Sequence record: DRR723986_4803
Direction: 5' to 3' (one strand)
Length of the DNA stretch: 20,000 bases
Shown here: piece by piece, positions 16,549 to 20,000 of the stretch
Layout: each line of letters starts with the position of its first letter
Numbering within the stretch: position 1 is the first letter of the stretch
Made by a program: the position numbers and the translations under genes
The notes under the pieces: model-generated
Database searches by the model: none
Told to the model about the DNA's origin: nothing
The model's input: the letters and a program-made list of their open reading frames with translations, nothing else

Positions 16549-18009
16549 CTAGTTGCCGCGATAGCGGTTCGGGCTGTACTCTTTCCAGGCCGCGATGGCA
16601 GCGTCGATGTCCATTTCGGGCGTCGCTGTCAGGACTGGCCCTTTACTAGCTGGTGCTGGGGGCACCGTGGTGGACGCAGTGCTCTGTGGAGTGGCTTGGC
16701 TGCCATTTGCTGCACTCTCGCTCGGAAGCGTCGTAGTGTTCTGCGGCGATTGTTGCGTCGGTGAATCCACTTCGCGAGTCAAGGCAGCGCTTGAGAAGGG
16801 AGCGTTCGACGTATTGGTGCTTGCCAAGTGCGCCGGGGTTGGATTGGTTTGGCTTGGCACATCAGCTTGAGTGCCAGCCAGAGAATTTGGCGTAACTGTT
16901 GAAGACCCGTCAGTAGGGAGCGGTGCTAGGAGTGGCTGCAGGCCAGTGTTCTCAGAATCTGCCGCTGCCGTAGGAGGCTGGTTATGCACCACGCCCGAGT
17001 ACACTGCGCCGGTACTGGCTGGTCCGCTCGACGGAGCCTGTTGCGAGGCCAGTCCTGAAGTCGGTGTTCCAGCGGATGGATCTGCTTGAGCACCATCGTA
17101 AAGTCCAGGGCTGCCACCGGGCGTTGCTGATGGATGCGACGACTGTACCGTTGGAAGCGTATAGCCTCGGGACGGACCGCTTTGCTCGGCAGCCTGCCGG
17201 AGCTCTGCCGCTTCGGCTGCAAGAGCACCGTCTAGATCACTCCCCGTTGCAATTGGGTGTCCGACCATGATCGACGAGATTTCCTCGTTGGTCGGCGTGA
17301 TACCCGCGGCTGAGCTGTTGTTTGCTAGTTCAAGTGATTCCGGGATGAGACTATCATCGCCAGCAAGAGCTGCTTCAGTCGGGCTTAGCGGTGCCGGTGC
17401 AGCTTCTGTTTCTTGATCAAGGTCCTCGGTGTCGATCGGCAATGACGCTAGGTCACCGCTGTCGACATCGATCTGAATGTCGTCAAGGGATGGAATCCCA
17501 AACTCCTCAAGGTCTTGCTCAAGGGCAAGCTGTTCGTCACCGTCATCACTGAAGGCAACCACACCCGCAGACACCATCGCAACGACCAATAGTAACAACA
17601 CGATGCCACTGGACCAGTGCTCCCACCAGCTTCGTTGAGCCGTGGACGACATGGATTGCGAGGCAGCGGGCTGCGGTGAATGGGATAGTTCAGATGCTGC
17701 CACGCTGCTGGCCGCCGGTTGGCTGGCCGTTGACCGCGTGTGACTCGCAGGCACTGGCGTGGCCGCGGGTGTCGTTAGCTGGGAGCTCGCAATCCTGTCC
17801 GAGGTGGTAGCGTCGCTCACCTTTGCAGTTGGCGATGAACTGTCCGCAGTTGCTACCGGCTCGGCAACTTCCACTTTCTCTGGAGCTTGCGCATCCTCGC
17901 TGGCCAAATTGGGGAACCGAAATAGAACCGGCACAGGTGGATTGGCTCCCTCTGGTCGGTTGCTGCGGTTGATGCGACGCTTGTTGGCAGTCCTTGGCGT
18001 AGCTTTCAT
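16549..18009 (-). CDS. Single-pass membrane protein, mostly low-complexity/disordered (hypothetical)
   Basis: 486 aa: basic N-terminus, short PVLFRFPNL motif, S/T/A/P linker, SWWEHW followed by TM GIVLLLLVVAMVSAGVVAF (17551-17607), an acidic segment, a long S/T/P/A/Q region and terminal helix MDIDAAIAAWKEY. Co-oriented with the two ATPase genes. Confidence 0.7.
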   Translation of the reverse strand: MKATPRTANKRRINRSNRPEGANPPVPVLFRFPNLASEDAQAPEKVEVAEPVATADSSSPTAKVSDATTSDRIASSQLTTPAATPVPASHTRSTASQPAASSVAASELSHSPQPAASQSMSSTAQRSWWEHWSSGIVLLLLVVAMVSAGVVAFSDDGDEQLALEQDLEEFGIPSLDDIQIDVDSGDLASLPIDTEDLDQETEAAPAPLSPTEAALAGDDSLIPESLELANNSSAAGITPTNEEISSIMVGHPIATGSDLDGALAAEAAELRQAAEQSGPSRGYTLPTVQSSHPSATPGGSPGLYDGAQADPSAGTPTSGLASQQAPSSGPASTGAVYSGVVHNQPPTAAADSENTGLQPLLAPLPTDGSSTVTPNSLAGTQADVPSQTNPTPAHLASTNTSNAPFSSAALTREVDSPTQQSPQNTTTLPSESAANGSQATPQSTASTTVPPAPASKGPVLTATPEMDIDAAIAAWKEYSPNRYRGN

Positions 18010-18404
18010 TTCTAAATGGTCCCTTTGGGGCGTTCGCTGGCAAGTTGCTGCTCAGCTTATTTTTTCCCACGTGTGTGGTATCAAAAGCGTCCAATTTGAA
18101 TCAAGGCGATTCGGACGCTCGGAGAGTTAGCGACATCACTTTGTTTCGGAACCGGATGTGCGGATCTTTAGCGATTTGACGGTCGGGGGGACTTTTCCGG
18201 TTAGATAATCCTTTGGGGCCATTGCTATCGTTGAAAGCTTGGTCAACATGTTCGCTAGTGGCACAAGGATTGCATCGATTCATTCGAGCTTGTATTTCCT
18301 GCCAGTTCCGACAGACTACGGCTGCTGGCGGGCCGTGCTCTTGGTATGCAAGACTGTGGCGACCAAGAACCTTCAGGAAAAGCACACTCGAGCCAAAGAC
18401 TCAG

Positions 18405-19355
18405 ATGGCAGAAGATTTTTACAAAACGCTAGGTGTTTCCCGAGGGGCTTCTGCGGATGAAATCCAGAAGGCCTACCGGACGCTCGCGCGCAAATACCAC
18501 CCCGACCTCAACCCGGACGATAAGACAGCGCAGCAGAAGTTTAAGGACATACAGCATGCTTATGACGTGCTCAGCGAGCCTGAGAAACGTCGTATGTATG
18601 ATCAGTACGGCCCTGATTTTGAGCGGGCGGGACCGGGTGGTTCTCCCTTCGGTGGCGGTGGTTTTGAGCAAGCCTTTGGTGGTGGTCCTGGCGGATTCCA
18701 GTTCGATGGCGACTTGGGTGACATCTTTCGCCAGTTCGCTGGCGGCGGCGGCGGCGGAGGCGGAGGCGGAGGGGCTCGCAGCGCGCCTCGACGCCCAACC
18801 AAGGGAAGCGATAGTACGGCGGAGTTGACGATCCCCTTTTCGACGGCTGTCCTTGGCGGAAACGCTTCCATTGGATTAGTCCGTGCCAGCAAGAATGAGT
18901 CGATTCAGGTCAAAATTCCCGCCGGTATTGAGTCTGGAAAGAAGATTCGCTTGCGTGGACAAGGCGAACCTGGGCCCGGTGGTGCAAAGCCTGGTGATTT
19001 GTTGGTGACCATCACCGTGGCTCCGCATCCCTGCTACCGTCGAGTCGGAAATAACTTGGAGTTGAAGCTGCCAGTTTCCGTCACCGAAGCTGCCTTGGGA
19101 GCGACGATCGACGTTCCGACTCCGGGCGGTACGGTCGCACTCAAGATTCCTGCTGGATCATCTTCTGGGCGGCGGCTACGAGTGAAGGGCCAGGGCGTGA
19201 AGGCTGCCAGTGGTGCTGGTGATCTATACGTCGAGCTTCAGATCAAGATCCCGCAACGATTTGCAGAAGCTGAGAACGACGAGCAACTGAGAGAGGCCGC
19301 GGAAACCTTCGAGCGGCTTTACGAATCCCCGCTTCGCGATGAATTGATGTGGTAA
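18405..19355 (+). CDS. Class II J-domain chaperone (DnaJ/CbpA-like; no zinc finger)
   Basis: MAEDFYKTLGV, HPD motif (KYHPDLNP), G/F-rich linker with DIF motif, C-terminal VKIPAGIESGKKIRLRGQG, GDLLV, EAALGATIDVPT, GDLYV. No CxxCxGxG repeats. ATG at 18405. Confidence 0.93.
   Translation: MAEDFYKTLGVSRGASADEIQKAYRTLARKYHPDLNPDDKTAQQKFKDIQHAYDVLSEPEKRRMYDQYGPDFERAGPGGSPFGGGGFEQAFGGGPGGFQFDGDLGDIFRQFAGGGGGGGGGGGARSAPRRPTKGSDSTAELTIPFSTAVLGGNASIGLVRASKNESIQVKIPAGIESGKKIRLRGQGEPGPGGAKPGDLLVTITVAPHPCYRRVGNNLELKLPVSVTEAALGATIDVPTPGGTVALKIPAGSSSGRRLRVKGQGVKAASGAGDLYVELQIKIPQRFAEAENDEQLREAAETFERLYESPLRDELMW
18741..18773 (+). repeat. GGN trinucleotide run encoding 11 consecutive Gly in the DnaJ linker
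   Basis: ggc ggc ggc ggc ggc gga ggc gga ggc gga ggg. Confidence 0.9.
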
Positions 19356-19765
19356 AGCCAGAGGTTCGGGTTGGCCTGCGGTTGAATGACAAGATGCGAA
19401 TCAAGTCGTCGCAGGATTTCAGCCGCACATTTCGTCGCGGAGTTGTTGTGGCTGACGCGACACTCGTGATGCATGCAATCTTGGAACCTGCGACGCCTGT
19501 ACGTCTGGGCATATCGATACCAAAGAAAACAGGCAACGCGCCACAGCGTAACCACTGGAAGCGCCTGATTCGAGAATGCTACCGCCTGGAGTACGAGCAT
19601 CTTCCGCTAGGCATGCAGTTCGTCGTTCGGCCGCGAAAAGGTGCCCAAGCTGAATTTGCTGCTATTAGGAAATCGCTTCGATCCCTATCACGGCGGGCGA
19701 TGAAGAAGCTCGCCAGCGGCGCAAGCTGCGCAAGCGGCAAGGCGGCGCGAAAGACTTCGGATTGA
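19349..19765 (+). CDS. rnpA: Ribonuclease P protein component
   Basis: RIKSSQDFSRTFRRG, RLGISIPKKTGNAPQRNHWKRLIRECYR (RNR-motif region), QFVVRPR; basic, about 138 aa. The GTG start overlaps the DnaJ stop (ATGTGGTAA). Confidence 0.9.
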   Translation: MVKPEVRVGLRLNDKMRIKSSQDFSRTFRRGVVVADATLVMHAILEPATPVRLGISIPKKTGNAPQRNHWKRLIRECYRLEYEHLPLGMQFVVRPRKGAQAEFAAIRKSLRSLSRRAMKKLASGASCASGKAARKTSD

Positions 19766-19835
19766 CATCGCTGGCGTTGCCGTGCTATCGATTTAGCCTA
19801 CTCATCTTTCCGGCTAATTTTGATGGCAATTGCCC

Positions 19836-19976
19836 ATGCGTCAGTTCATGTGTTTGTTCGTATTGAGCGCCGTCGTTTCGGCCTTGGTCGTTTGCCAAGG
19901 CTTGGTCCGTGGTCTTTGGGCAATGCTGACCTACGCCACGGCCCGTACAGAACGCATGTCTGCCCCAACGAGCTAG
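19836..19976 (+). CDS. Possible small (46 aa) membrane protein
   Basis: My own translation: MRQFMCLFVLSAVVSALVVCQGLVRGLWAMLTYATARTERMSAPTS*. One long hydrophobic stretch; no clear RBS; below the ORF-track cutoff. Confidence 0.3.
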   Translation: MRQFMCLFVLSAVVSALVVCQGLVRGLWAMLTYATARTERMSAPTS

Positions 19977-20000
19977 TGCGAGTCGCACGGACGTATAGCG

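Noticed and set aside
18010-18404. CIRCE/HrcA operator or clear sigma70 promoter upstream of the DnaJ gene; DnaJ extension from 18213
   Set aside because: No TTAGCACTC-N9-GAGTGCTAA. TTGACG (18176-18181) is 20-22 bp from the nearest -10-like hexamers, which is too far. The J-domain starts at ATG 18405.

Overview
About 55% GC, gene-dense bacterial chromosomal window. Gene content and protein style (secreted sulfatase, SMP-30 lactonase, long S/T/A/P-rich proteins) suggest Planctomycetota, probably Pirellulaceae-like; this is inference. In order: a 5'-truncated ornithine cyclodeaminase/mu-crystallin family gene; serC-serA; a secreted SMP-30/gluconolactonase; a four-CxxC zinc-ribbon membrane protein; a DHDPS/NAL-family class I aldolase (- strand); a GT-C/ArnT-like membrane glycosyltransferase; a small membrane protein; a CAAX/CPBP protease; a Cys-type sulfatase; a DinB-family protein; a three-gene - strand unit (bitopic disordered protein, degenerate BY-kinase/MinD-like ATPase, ExeA-like AAA ATPase); a class II DnaJ overlapping rnpA; and a possible small membrane ORF. 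No rRNA, tRNA, CRISPR array or mobile element was recognised. Two observations stand out. (1) The aldolase is not a true DapA and ends in a linker plus amphipathic helix resembling a bacterial microcompartment encapsulation peptide, making it a candidate satellite BMC cargo enzyme. (2) The three-gene ATPase module includes a Walker A Lys-to-Arg, tyrosine-cluster-less pseudo-kinase.
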